From the sequence record PP216084: 64,000 bases of DNA. One strand, given 5' to 3'. The translations under genes and the position numbers were made by a program. The first letter of the stretch is position 1; each line of letters begins with the position of its first letter. The DNA is from Escherichia phage vB_EcoS_HZ_ZJUN2. Below the pieces are notes generated by a model. That model saw only the letters and a program-made list of their open reading frames with translations, was not told the DNA's origin and did not search any database. Shown one piece after another: positions 54,250-60,946 of this stretch.

Positions 54250-54337
54250 GGGCGTTTATTCCGTAAGTGGTAGCGGAGGGGAATGTAAATCCCTGGTCAT
54301 TGCGACTCGAGTGGTTCGACTCCATTAACGCCCACCA
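54250..54337 (+). tRNA. tRNA-Tyr (anticodon GTA), long variable arm
   Basis: Acceptor GGGCGTT/AACGCCC, anticodon stem GGGGA/TCCCT, loop ATGTAAA, CCA. Confidence 0.65.
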
Positions 54338-54345
54338 AATTTAAT

Positions 54346-54420
54346 GCACCTATCGTCTAATGGTTAGGACATCAGGATTTCAATCTGAGAATCGGAGTTC
54401 AATTCTCCGTGGGTGTACCA
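54346..54420 (+). tRNA. tRNA-Glu (anticodon TTC)
   Basis: Acceptor GCACCTA/TGGGTGT, anticodon loop ATTTCAA, T-arm CGGAG-TTCAATT-CTCCG, CCA. Confidence 0.65.
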
Positions 54421-54428
54421 ATTTCTGC

Positions 54429-54505
54429 ATTCCTAGAGTGTTACTGGACAGCATGTCGGTCTCCAAAACCGTACGGTCTAGGTTCGAGTCCTAGTAGGTT
54501 TGCCA
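54429..54505 (+). tRNA. tRNA-Trp (anticodon CCA), two U-U mismatches in the acceptor stem
   Basis: Anticodon loop CTCCAAA, T-arm CTAGG-TTCGAGT-CCTAG, CCA; acceptor ATTCCTA/TAGGTTT pairs at 5 of 7 positions. Confidence 0.5.
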
Positions 54506-54511
54506 AAATTT

Positions 54512-54586
54512 GCACCTTTAGCTGAGATGGATTAGCGCTTGCCTGAAGAGCTTGAAAGGTTGGATCGTTACCAACGGGGTGCACCA
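54512..54586 (+). tRNA. tRNA-Phe (anticodon GAA)
   Basis: Acceptor GCACCTT/GGGGTGC, D-stem GCTG/TAGC, anticodon loop CTGAAGA, CCA; anticodon stem has two U-U pairs, T-loop ATCGTTA is atypical. Confidence 0.55.
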
Positions 54587-54603
54587 AATTGAAGGAGCTG
54601 CTG

Positions 54604-54876
54604 ATGCATCCTGAAAACTTCTTTATTTACTGCGCGGATAAGTCGCTGAAACGTAGAATTAACAAAGTCTATCATTATCGTGCTAGTCAACAGCCTTATG
54701 TATACGCTTTTGACGGTGATCACATTCCACTAGAACAATTATCTTGTGATTACATGATATTGAAGAACTTTGACGAGACGAAGATCTCAAGCGTTTATAA
54801 TCGACAGAATCCATTAACGTGGAAATATAAGAAGAAAAAGAAAGGCATCAAATTCTTAAAAAATATAGTTGCTTAG
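54604..54876 (+). CDS. hypothetical protein
   Basis: ATG at 54604 behind GAAGGAG, directly after tRNA-Phe. Confidence 0.45.
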   Translation: MHPENFFIYCADKSLKRRINKVYHYRASQQPYVYAFDGDHIPLEQLSCDYMILKNFDETKISSVYNRQNPLTWKYKKKKKGIKFLKNIVA

Positions 54877-54897
54877 TTTCCAAAAGTTCTGTATAAT
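54869..54897 (+). promoter_or_regulatory. T5-type promoter
   Basis: TTGCTT - 17 bp - TATAAT followed by AATTACATAAATTGAACTGGAG. Confidence 0.6.
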
Positions 54898-54945
54898 AAT
54901 TACATAAATTGAACTGGAGAAGCAACATGATAGAACAAGATAAAT

Positions 54946-55021
54946 CGACCGTTGGCTGAATGGCTTAGGCGAAGGATTGCAAATCCTTTTTATGTGAGTT
55001 CAAATCTCATGCGGTCGTCCA
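54946..55021 (+). tRNA. tRNA-Cys (anticodon GCA)
   Basis: Acceptor CGACCGT/GCGGTCG, anticodon stem AAGGA/TCCTT, loop TTGCAAA, T-arm GTGAG-TTCAAAT-CTCAT, CCA. Confidence 0.65.
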
Positions 55022-55023
55022 AT

Positions 55024-55170
55024 TTGCTGAAAGAATTGTTAAATCAATTCAGGCACGCGTAGGAACACTGTCTCCGTAATTGAAAGATGAGGCACGGTTT
55101 GGAGAGGTATGCCGCTACACGCTACGGTGCTAACTCCGTCTAGGTGAAAATCCTAGTCAGCAATGTAAAT
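55024..55170 (+). other. ~147-nt tRNA-like/structured RNA candidate closed by an acceptor-like helix
   Basis: 5' TTGCTGA pairs perfectly with 3' TCAGCAA; internal hairpins GAATTG…CAATTC and CTAGG-TGAAAAT-CCTAG; no ORF. Confidence 0.3.
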
Positions 55171-55173
55171 TTA

Positions 55174-55259
55174 GGGTCGTTGGCTGAACGGTTTAAGCGC
55201 CGGACTGTTAATCCGTATCCGCAAGGATAAAGTAGGTTCAACTCCTACACGGCCCGCCA
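55174..55259 (+). tRNA. tRNA-Asn (anticodon GTT) with an unusually long variable arm
   Basis: Acceptor GGGTCGT/ACGGCCC, anticodon arm CGGA-CTGTTAA-TCCG, 15-nt variable stem-loop ATCC-GCAA-GGAT, T-arm GTAGG-TTCAACT-CCTAC, discriminator G, CCA. Confidence 0.6.
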
Positions 55260-55286
55260 AATTCACTAACAACTGAGGAAATAGAT

Positions 55287-55472
55287 ATGACAACTCGTGC
55301 AATTGCTCGACTAGAAGCTGATCGTGATAATATGATTAATAATATTAAGGTTCGTGGTAATATTATTAAGGCTCTGAAAGCTGAACTTCTTGAGGAACTT
55401 CAAGGTCAAGTAGAGCGTCGTGAAGCTCTAAAAGAGGTTGAGGAAGCTATCGAAAAACTCAAGGCTGAATAA
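55287..55472 (+). CDS. hypothetical coiled-coil protein
   Basis: 61-aa ORF with GAGGAAATAG RBS. Confidence 0.5.
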   Translation: MTTRAIARLEADRDNMINNIKVRGNIIKALKAELLEELQGQVERREALKEVEEAIEKLKAE

Positions 55473-55475
55473 ATT

Positions 55476-56057
55476 ATGCACGGAATATCCTTACCCATTC
55501 CAGGGTTTGAGGAGTACTTAGTAAGTTTGGATGGGTTAGTATTTAGTATCAAATCAAACAAAATACTAACCCCAATAACCAGTAATTACGGATACTTATC
55601 TATACGTCTCCATAAAAATGGTCAACAGAGAAATACCGGTGTACATAGGATTTTAGCATGTGCATTTAAGAAATTACCAAGTCTAGACTCTGAACTAGAA
55701 GTTGACCATATTAACACAGACATTACTTATTGGGGTCTTAATAACTTACAAGTGCTCACAAAAGAGCAGCATCTAGAAAAGACTTTAAAAGATAAAGGAT
55801 TTAGTAAACTAAACCATGATAATTGTTGTAAGGATTGTGGTAAAGCTATTTCTTTAAAAGCTGAAAAATGTCAGGAGTGCTCTTCACATAAACCAAAAGA
55901 TATCTCTATAACTAAAGAAATAATCGAGGTTACAGTAAGAGAGCTAGGCTGGTCAGGTGCAGGGAGAAAGTTAAGTTATTCAGATAATGGGTTGCGTAAA
56001 AGATACACTTCTTTAGGAGGCAATCCTAAAGAACTTAAAAAGTTAAAGGTACTATAG
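55476..56057 (+). CDS. HNH homing endonuclease
   Basis: …YGYLSIRL…HRILACAF…EVDHINTDITYWGLNNLQVLTKEQH; C-terminal ELGWSGAGRKLSYSDNGLRKRYTSL module. Confidence 0.7.
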   Translation: MHGISLPIPGFEEYLVSLDGLVFSIKSNKILTPITSNYGYLSIRLHKNGQQRNTGVHRILACAFKKLPSLDSELEVDHINTDITYWGLNNLQVLTKEQHLEKTLKDKGFSKLNHDNCCKDCGKAISLKAEKCQECSSHKPKDISITKEIIEVTVRELGWSGAGRKLSYSDNGLRKRYTSLGGNPKELKKLKVL

Positions 56058-56122
56058 TCTAACGGTTAGGATACTCCCCTGTCACGGGAGAGGTAGGGTT
56101 TCGATTACCCTTAGTACCGCCA
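56048..56122 (+). tRNA. tRNA-Asp (anticodon GTC)
   Basis: Acceptor GGTACTA/TAGTACC, anticodon stem CTCCC/GGGAG, loop CTGTCAC, T-arm AGGGT-TTCGATT-ACCCT, CCA; 5' end overlaps the last codons of the HNH gene. Confidence 0.7.
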
Positions 56123-56139
56123 AATAAGGTAGGTTAGCT

Positions 56140-56298
56140 ATGGAACGTAGGGAGTTTACTCCAGAAGAGATAGAGCAGATAAAAGAATCTGCTATGAAAA
56201 ATGCTAGAATATCTCTGTCACTGGAAGGTATCATTATTAGTGATGTAAACTTTGAAAAAATCAAAGCCATAGCTGATGAACTGGAAAAAGTAATTTAA
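56140..56298 (+). CDS. small hypothetical protein
   Basis: 52-aa ORF with AAGGTAGG RBS, between tRNA-Asp and tRNA-Lys. Confidence 0.4.
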   Translation: MERREFTPEEIEQIKESAMKNARISLSLEGIIISDVNFEKIKAIADELEKVI

Positions 56299-56299
56299 T

Positions 56300-56375
56300 A
56301 CATCCATAGCTCAATGGTTAGAGCTACCGCCTCTTAAGCGGAGGGTTCTAGGTTCAAGTCCTAGTGGGTGTACCA
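56300..56375 (+). tRNA. tRNA-Lys (anticodon CTT)
   Basis: Acceptor ACATCCA/TGGGTGT, D-stem GCTC/GAGC, anticodon loop CTCTTAA, T-arm CTAGG-TTCAAGT-CCTAG, CCA. Confidence 0.6.
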
Positions 56376-56401
56376 AATTAAACTAGCACGAGAAATATGC
56401 T

Positions 56402-56749
56402 ATGATTAATGCTAAAGAAGAATTGTTACTTGCCCTAAAGAATACTAATTCTGAAGTTAAGTGTATTAAGATAGAATTCGGTTATTATGGGGATAAAGAA
56501 GTTTGGGTATTACCCGTAGGTTATACAGAAAAAGATATTGAAGATTTTCTAAATAATCTAGACTTTAAATATGATTCTGGTTATGGTGGGCAATTGCTTT
56601 ATGGTAACGTGTGGTTTACTGATGGAACTTGGTTAGAACGCGGTGAATACGACGGTTCTGAATGGTGGGAATATAAGGCTACGCCAGCAATCCCAGAAGA
56701 ATGCCGAACAATTAATGGTGAAGTAGATCATACATTACTACTAAATTAA
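56402..56749 (+). CDS. hypothetical protein
   Basis: 115-aa ORF between tRNA-Lys and tRNA-Pro. Confidence 0.5.
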   Translation: MINAKEELLLALKNTNSEVKCIKIEFGYYGDKEVWVLPVGYTEKDIEDFLNNLDFKYDSGYGGQLLYGNVWFTDGTWLERGEYDGSEWWEYKATPAIPEECRTINGEVDHTLLLN

Positions 56750-56759
56750 TAAAAATTAA

Positions 56760-56836
56760 CAGTGCGTAGCTCAGCTTGGTAGAGCGTCTGCTTTGGGAGC
56801 AGAATGTCGCAGGTTCGAGTCCTGCCGCACTGACCA
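56760..56836 (+). tRNA. tRNA-Pro (anticodon TGG)
   Basis: Acceptor CAGTGCG/CGCACTG, D-stem GCTC/GAGC, anticodon stem TCTGC/GCAGA, loop TTTGGGA, CCA. Confidence 0.7.
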
Positions 56837-56936
56837 AACAATTGCGGGTGGGAGGCATAGAGTTCTTCTTAGTCTCATAAGCTAAGTAAGTCCAGGGCAG
56901 TACTGGAACCCGCTACCAATTTCAAGAAAAACTCAT

Positions 56937-56965
56937 TTGCTTAATGCTTAATTTCTTGTTATAAT
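56937..56965 (+). promoter_or_regulatory. T5-type promoter driving an ORF-free ~0.3-kb leader and the Ala/Leu tRNAs
   Basis: TTGCTT - 17 bp - TATAAT followed by ATTTATATAAATTGATGCG. Confidence 0.65.
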
Positions 56966-56971
56966 ATTTAT

Positions 56972-57297
56972 ATAAATTGATGCGAAAATAGCTGCCTAGA
57001 TACCAGGTGTATGACGTCTACACTAGCAGAGCTACCGAAAAAGAGATCCTCAGGATAAACGTCGTAGCAAAATTAGTCTGGTATCCATCAATTTAGTTCA
57101 CTAAGGTATTAGCTCGACCTAGGACTGGCTGCCAAAAAGCACGATCCCTACGACTTGGGAGAAGTTCTAGATTAGTCCACTAGATTCAGCGGCAACTGAA
57201 TAGTGTATTGGGTTTGCGAGATGACGCGGTTCCTTCCGCTCGAAGCGAAGGTGCTGTAGTTACGCCGAGCTAATAGCCTTAGTAAACTAAAGAATTT
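56972..57297 (+). ncRNA. candidate non-coding RNA / structured precursor leader
   Basis: ~325 nt between promoter and tRNA-Ala with no plus-strand ORF longer than 15 codons; local hairpins such as CCTTCCGC-TCGAA-GCGAAGG. Confidence 0.3.
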
Positions 57298-57371
57298 GGG
57301 GATATAGTTTAATGGTAGAACATCTGCTTTGCACGCAGAAGACGAGGGTTCAACTCCCTCTTTCTCCACCA
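57298..57371 (+). tRNA. tRNA-Ala (anticodon TGC) with G3-U70
   Basis: Acceptor GGGGATA/TTTCTCC with the G3-U70 wobble typical of alanine tRNAs; anticodon stem TCTGC/GCAGA, loop TTTGCAC, CCA. Confidence 0.65.
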
Positions 57372-57376
57372 AATTC

Positions 57377-57461
57377 GGGGCTATGCTGGAACTGGTAGAC
57401 AATACGGCCTTAGATTCCGTAGCTTAAATGCGTGGGAGTTCGAGTCTCCCTAGCCCCACCA
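57377..57461 (+). tRNA. tRNA-Leu (anticodon TAG), long variable arm
   Basis: Acceptor GGGGCTA/TAGCCCC, D-loop AACTGGTAGA, anticodon loop CTTAGAT, 13-nt variable arm, discriminator A, CCA. Confidence 0.65.
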
Positions 57462-57585
57462 AATTTGATGGTCAGAGTAAATTAAACCTACTATCTCGGT
57501 TGAGCTGTTTTAATGGGTTCGAATCCCAGCGAGGCGTAACTGCCTGGTGTGATAGAGGCATCATTCCACTAATATTGGAAAACTA

Positions 57586-57816
57586 ATGAAACGAGAATTA
57601 AAAAAATCTTATATAATTAAGATAAATAAGCTAAGAAGTAGGGCAAAAGGATGGCCACTTCGGATATTAATTGCGGATAACCATATTAGATACCATGCGG
57701 AACAACGTCATTATAAACAGTGGGAGTCATACTGCCGCTCAAAAGCAGGTCGTTTAGATGGATCTTATGAGTTTCTATTTGGTAAGAAGCCTACTAGAGT
57801 AGCTTTAGGTAATTAA
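57586..57816 (+). CDS. hypothetical basic protein
   Basis: 76-aa ORF. Confidence 0.45.
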   Translation: MKRELKKSYIIKINKLRSRAKGWPLRILIADNHIRYHAEQRHYKQWESYCRSKAGRLDGSYEFLFGKKPTRVALGN

Positions 57817-57821
57817 TACTT

Positions 57822-57912
57822 GGAAGAGCAAATCGAATTGGCGACGAAAACCGCTTGGAAAGTGGCTGACTGGTAAAACGGCTTGAGAGTTCAAATCTCT
57901 CCTCTTCCGCCA
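57822..57912 (+). tRNA. tRNA-Ser (anticodon GGA, tentative), long variable arm
   Basis: Perfect acceptor GGAAGAG/CTCTTCC, T-arm GAGAG-TTCAAAT-CTCTC, discriminator G, CCA; anticodon loop TTGGAAA closed by 4 pairs. Confidence 0.55.
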
Positions 57913-57919
57913 AACAAAT

Positions 57920-58009
57920 AGAAGGTAGGGCGTAGTGGTACGCAACTAGTCTTGAAAACTAGCCCGCTGTAGTGATACGGTGATGGTTCGACTCCATTAC
58001 CTTCTGCCA
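57920..58009 (+). tRNA. tRNA-Ser (anticodon TGA), long variable arm
   Basis: Acceptor AGAAGGT/ACCTTCT, anticodon stem CTAGT/ACTAG, loop CTTGAAA, discriminator G, CCA. Confidence 0.65.
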
Positions 58010-58025
58010 ACTTATAAGGTAATAT

Positions 58026-58208
58026 ATGTCTTTAACGAAAACTGTGAAGGTTACACTAACTGATGGCACAGAGTTTAGTGCACAAGTAACCTTACTAGAA
58101 GACGGTTATTGGGAAGTATATCTTCCACACGTTAATTCTACTGGTAGAGGATGGACTCAACAACAGGCTATTGTTGATGCTTTAAATGAGGCTTCTGCTG
58201 GTTTATAA
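58026..58208 (+). CDS. hypothetical protein
   Basis: 60-aa ORF. Confidence 0.45.
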   Translation: MSLTKTVKVTLTDGTEFSAQVTLLEDGYWEVYLPHVNSTGRGWTQQQAIVDALNEASAGL

Positions 58209-58215
58209 AAATTCT

Positions 58216-58346
58216 TGGAATATGCCGGAATTGGTAGACGGGACTGCCGAATAGGTTTACTAGGAACATCCACTCCTAGAAATATACCTTAAAAGCGGTT
58301 GAGTTAAATGGTCTAACTCATGAAGGTTCAAGTCCTTCTATTCCTT
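58216..58346 (+). other. ~130-nt tRNA-like element (class-II-like with large insertion, no encoded CCA)
   Basis: 5' TGGAATA pairs at 6 of 7 positions with 3' TATTCCT; D-loop-like ATTGGTAGAC; variable-arm-like hairpin TGAGTT…AACTCA; canonical T-arm GAAGG-TTCAAGT-CCTTC. Confidence 0.3.
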
Positions 58347-58575
58347 GATACATCAATGGCTCAAAGTGTAACGGTGCTATTTGATGCTCTTGGCAAGACT
58401 TCCCCGACATGCGTTCGGGAGTAAGCTGCTAAGACTAGAATAGAAGAGTTTCTGAGAGCCGCCACAATTGAAAATTCGTACTCGTCTTGAGCTGCGTGCA
58501 ATAGGAGATAACTTGATTAGTATTCTAGAACATGCTAATTGAGGAAGGTTTCGCTAACCCTGCGAGTTTTCAATT

Positions 58576-58652
58576 GTGGCTATATCATAATTGGTTAATG
58601 ATCCTGATTGTGAATCAGGCCTATGTGGATTCGAATTCCACTAGCCACCCCA
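58576..58652 (+). tRNA. tRNA-His (anticodon GTG)
   Basis: Acceptor GTGGCTA/TAGCCAC, D-stem TCAT/ATGA, anticodon stem CCTGA/TCAGG, loop TTGTGAA, discriminator C, CCA. Confidence 0.65.
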
Positions 58653-58677
58653 AATTAACTTAAATAGGAAATAAAAT

Positions 58678-58872
58678 ATGGCTGATTTCTGCAAACAATG
58701 CTCCATTGATATGTGGGGTAAAGATACTGGTGACTTAGCTGGTCTGATTACAGAAGCCGAAGTCAAAGAAGGTTATGGTGCAGTTGTGGTTTGCGAAGGA
58801 TGCGGAGTCATTCGAGTAGATCATGAAGGCAAACGTTTGGAAGAATCTGAGCCAACAACAATTTTTCCGTAG
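58678..58872 (+). CDS. hypothetical protein
   Basis: 64-aa ORF with AGGAAATAAA RBS. Confidence 0.5.
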   Translation: MADFCKQCSIDMWGKDTGDLAGLITEAEVKEGYGAVVVCEGCGVIRVDHEGKRLEESEPTTIFP

Positions 58873-58885
58873 AGTAAAGAATTAT

Positions 58886-58961
58886 TGGGATGTAGATCAA
58901 TTGGCAGATCGTCGGCCTCTGACTCCGAAGGTTCCACGTTCGATCCGTGGCATCCCAGCCA
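58886..58961 (+). tRNA. tRNA-Gln (anticodon CTG)
   Basis: Acceptor TGGGATG/CATCCCA with U1-A72, D-stem GATC/GATC, anticodon loop CTCTGAC, CCA. Confidence 0.6.
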
Positions 58962-58967
58962 AATTAT

Positions 58968-59043
58968 TGGAGAGTAGTGTAACGGTTAGCACAACGGCCT
59001 TTGACTCCGTTAATGGTAGGTTCGATTCCTCCTTCTCCAGCCA
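58968..59043 (+). tRNA. tRNA-Gln (anticodon TTG)
   Basis: Acceptor TGGAGAG/TTCTCCA with U1-A72, anticodon loop CTTTGAC, CCA. Confidence 0.6.
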
Positions 59044-59050
59044 AATTAAT

Positions 59051-59125
59051 GCGTGATTAGTTCAGTGGCTAGAATAACTGGCTTCCAACCAGTAGACACG
59101 AGTTCGACTCTCGTATCCCGCACCA
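59051..59125 (+). tRNA. tRNA-Gly (anticodon TCC)
   Basis: Anticodon stem ACTGG/CCAGT, loop CTTCCAA, T-arm ACGAG-TTCGACT-CTCGT, CCA; one U-C mismatch in the acceptor stem. Confidence 0.6.
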
Positions 59126-59139
59126 AATAAGGAATCTCT

Positions 59140-59361
59140 ATGCACGTTTTTGAGTTTCGTAATAAAAGTACCAATAAACGAGTTATTGTTATTGGGGAAA
59201 CATATCGAGCATATGAACAAACTGACGGCTCTGTTATCTTGAATGATGAGAAAGGGGGTTTTAGCTTTTATCCAGAAGAAACATATGAAGAGTTTCGTAC
59301 CAAGTTTCTTTTACCAGACTGGCTAGCAGTAGCCGAGCAACGAGAATCCGAAGATGGCTGA
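59140..59361 (+). CDS. hypothetical protein
   Basis: 73-aa ORF with AAGGAATC RBS. Confidence 0.5.
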   Translation: MHVFEFRNKSTNKRVIVIGETYRAYEQTDGSVILNDEKGGFSFYPEETYEEFRTKFLLPDWLAVAEQRESEDG

Positions 59362-59419
59362 TAACCTAAAATTAAGGGTTGACAAACAAAAGAAATCCCA
59401 TTGAAATAATGGGATTATC

Positions 59420-59494
59420 GCTCCTAAAGCATTGTTGGCGATGCAGTTGCCTTGTAAGCATCTGAGCTGGGTTCGATTCCTAGTGGGAGCACCA
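59420..59494 (+). tRNA. tRNA-Thr (anticodon TGT)
   Basis: Acceptor GCTCCTA/TGGGAGC, D-stem GCAT/ATGC, anticodon loop CTTGTAA, T-arm CTGGG-TTCGATT-CCTAG, CCA. Confidence 0.6.
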
Positions 59495-59509
59495 AATTTA
59501 AAAATTCAT

Positions 59510-59538
59510 TTGCTTTCTCTCTTATTTATTGTTATAAT
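59510..59538 (+). promoter_or_regulatory. T5-type promoter
   Basis: TTGCTT - 17 bp - TATAAT followed by ATTTACATAAATTAATGAGAGGG. Confidence 0.65.
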
Positions 59539-59568
59539 ATTTACATAAATTAATGAGAGGGAAACCAA

Positions 59569-59859
59569 ATGAAACGTTATCTTTCTGTTATGTTCCAAAC
59601 CGGCGGCCAAAGATACACCTATGAATTTCCACCTTCCTGGAAAATCAGGGAAGGTGATCAAGTAGTTGTGTTAACACCGCGTGAAGAATATAAAGTAGTG
59701 ACGGTTAAACAAGTATTTCCAAAAGATCATGAACCAGCTATAGGCATCCGATATAAGATGATTCATGGCGTGGTTCGTCAAGTACCACGAACTGAGGTAG
59801 AAGTAGATAATACTGGAGAAACTAAATTCCATTATACTTCTCACTTAGACAGTGTGTGA
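59569..59859 (+). CDS. hypothetical protein
   Basis: 96-aa ORF with GAGGGAAACC RBS. Confidence 0.5.
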   Translation: MKRYLSVMFQTGGQRYTYEFPPSWKIREGDQVVVLTPREEYKVVTVKQVFPKDHEPAIGIRYKMIHGVVRQVPRTEVEVDNTGETKFHYTSHLDSV

Positions 59860-59874
59860 TGTAAATATTTTAAT

Positions 59875-59951
59875 GCTTCGGTAGCTTAGCGATCTAAAGC
59901 ACTCGGCTGATAACCGAGAGATCGGGGGTTTAAATCCCTCCCGAAGTACCA
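59875..59951 (+). tRNA. tRNA-Ile (anticodon GAT)
   Basis: Acceptor GCTTCGG/CCGAAGT, D-stem GCTT/AAGC, anticodon stem CTCGG/CCGAG, loop CTGATAA, CCA. Confidence 0.65.
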
Positions 59952-60047
59952 AATCTAGGAATTAAGACTATGCGTCCAGGAAAGTTTAAAAAAGCTAGTT
60001 GGTCCAAAGAGTACAAAGAATACTTACTTAGCCTAGTAAAACGTAAT

Positions 60048-60123
60048 AGTTAGTTGGCAGAGTGGTTATGCACCTCCTTCATACGGAGCGACTACAGTGG
60101 TTCAAATCCACTACTAACTACCA
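60048..60123 (+). tRNA. tRNA-Met-like (anticodon CAT), second copy
   Basis: Perfect acceptor AGTTAGT/ACTAACT, anticodon loop TTCATAC, T-arm AGTGG-TTCAAAT-CCACT, CCA. Confidence 0.6.
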
Positions 60124-60136
60124 AACAGGAGATCTA

Positions 60137-60505
60137 ATGAAAGCGTATCAAAATCTTAAATCTGGCGTAATTAATATTGTTCATAATAACCAGATTATTC
60201 AACTGTACTCTAAAGATGGTGAACTTAAACAAAAAGTTCTAGTTGAAGATCTAGAGAGTATCACACCTCATTTTGACCCCGAATCCTTTCGTGAAGTCAA
60301 AGTGGAAGTCGCCCCTCAAATTGAAGGTGGTCAACACCTAAATGTCAATGTGTTAAGTCGTGATCAGCTTTTGGATGCGCAGAAACATCCTGAAAAATAC
60401 CCTCAATTAACTATCCGTGTTTCAGGGTATGCTGTGCGTTTTAACGCACTGACGCGTGAACAGCAGAACGACGTTATTAGTCGTACATTTACTCAGGTGA
60501 TGTAA
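60137..60505 (+). CDS. GrcA/YfiD-like autonomous glycyl-radical cofactor protein
   Basis: ATG at 60137 behind CAGGAG; C-terminus …[10 protein letters not shown]…[40 protein letters not shown] carries the glycyl-radical signature [10 protein letters not shown] found at the C-terminus of pyruvate formate-lyase and GrcA. Confidence 0.7.
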   Translation: MKAYQNLKSGVINIVHNNQIIQLYSKDGELKQKVLVEDLESITPHFDPESFREVKVEVAPQIEGGQHLNVNVLSRDQLLDAQKHPEKYPQLTIRVSGYAVRFNALTREQQNDVISRTFTQVM

Positions 60506-60586
60506 TGGGGCTTGGATACGGCTTCTACGAACTACGTAGGGTAGTCGAGCAAACTCCATTTATCTCCCAAGTTTTAGGAGAAATGT

Positions 60587-60901
60587 GTGGATCGAGCATT
60601 AAGACGTCACCATCGGCAACGTGTGAAAAACAATCGCAAGAAATATTGGACAGTCTTCCCACATGAAGAAAGCCCTAAACGGTTAGGTATTATCACTACT
60701 ACTCCTTGCATCTGTTCTTGTTGGATGTGCGGGAATCCTCGCAAACACTTTAAGAATAGTAAAGCAGGGATGAAAACCTCGGAGATTAGGAAAATGGAAG
60801 CAATGATTACGGATATTTCAAATGATGAATTTGATGGCTTTGTAGGATTCGGAGAAGGAATTAGCTCAGACTGTTTCGAAGATGAACGCCCCGATCTGTG
60901 A
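60587..60901 (+). CDS. hypothetical protein (Cys-containing)
   Basis: 104-aa ORF, GTG start, followed by a terminator. Confidence 0.4.
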   Translation: MDRALRRHHRQRVKNNRKKYWTVFPHEESPKRLGIITTTPCICSCWMCGNPRKHFKNSKAGMKTSEIRKMEAMITDISNDEFDGFVGFGEGISSDCFEDERPDL

Positions 60902-60910
60902 TTAATAACA

Positions 60911-60946
60911 AACCCCAGCTATTGAATAAGTAGTCTGGGGTTTTTC
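60911..60946 (+). terminator. intrinsic terminator
   Basis: Stem AACCCCAG/CTGGGGTT followed by TTTTT. Confidence 0.75.

Noticed and set aside
56082-56270. 62-aa minus-strand ORF overlapping tRNA-Asp and the small plus-strand ORF
   Set aside because: Overlaps a canonical tRNA on the other strand; the plus-strand 52-aa ORF with RBS is the better candidate
57172-57402. 76-aa minus-strand ORF overlapping tRNA-Ala and tRNA-Leu
   Set aside because: Antisense to two well-formed tRNAs
57462-57585. Possible tRNA at the GGGTTCGAATCCC motif (about 57513-57529)
   Set aside because: The T-arm-like hairpin is present but no 7-bp acceptor pairing, anticodon arm or CCA could be found; left unannotated as a possible tRNA remnant
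58823-59056. 77-aa plus-strand ORF spanning both tRNA-Gln genes
   Set aside because: Its sequence is the tRNA genes read as codons; both tRNAs fold canonically
60062-60136. Longer N-terminal extension of the GrcA-like ORF starting inside tRNA-Met
   Set aside because: The extension overlaps a canonical tRNA; the ATG at 60137 has a CAGGAG RBS and matches the length of GrcA-family proteins
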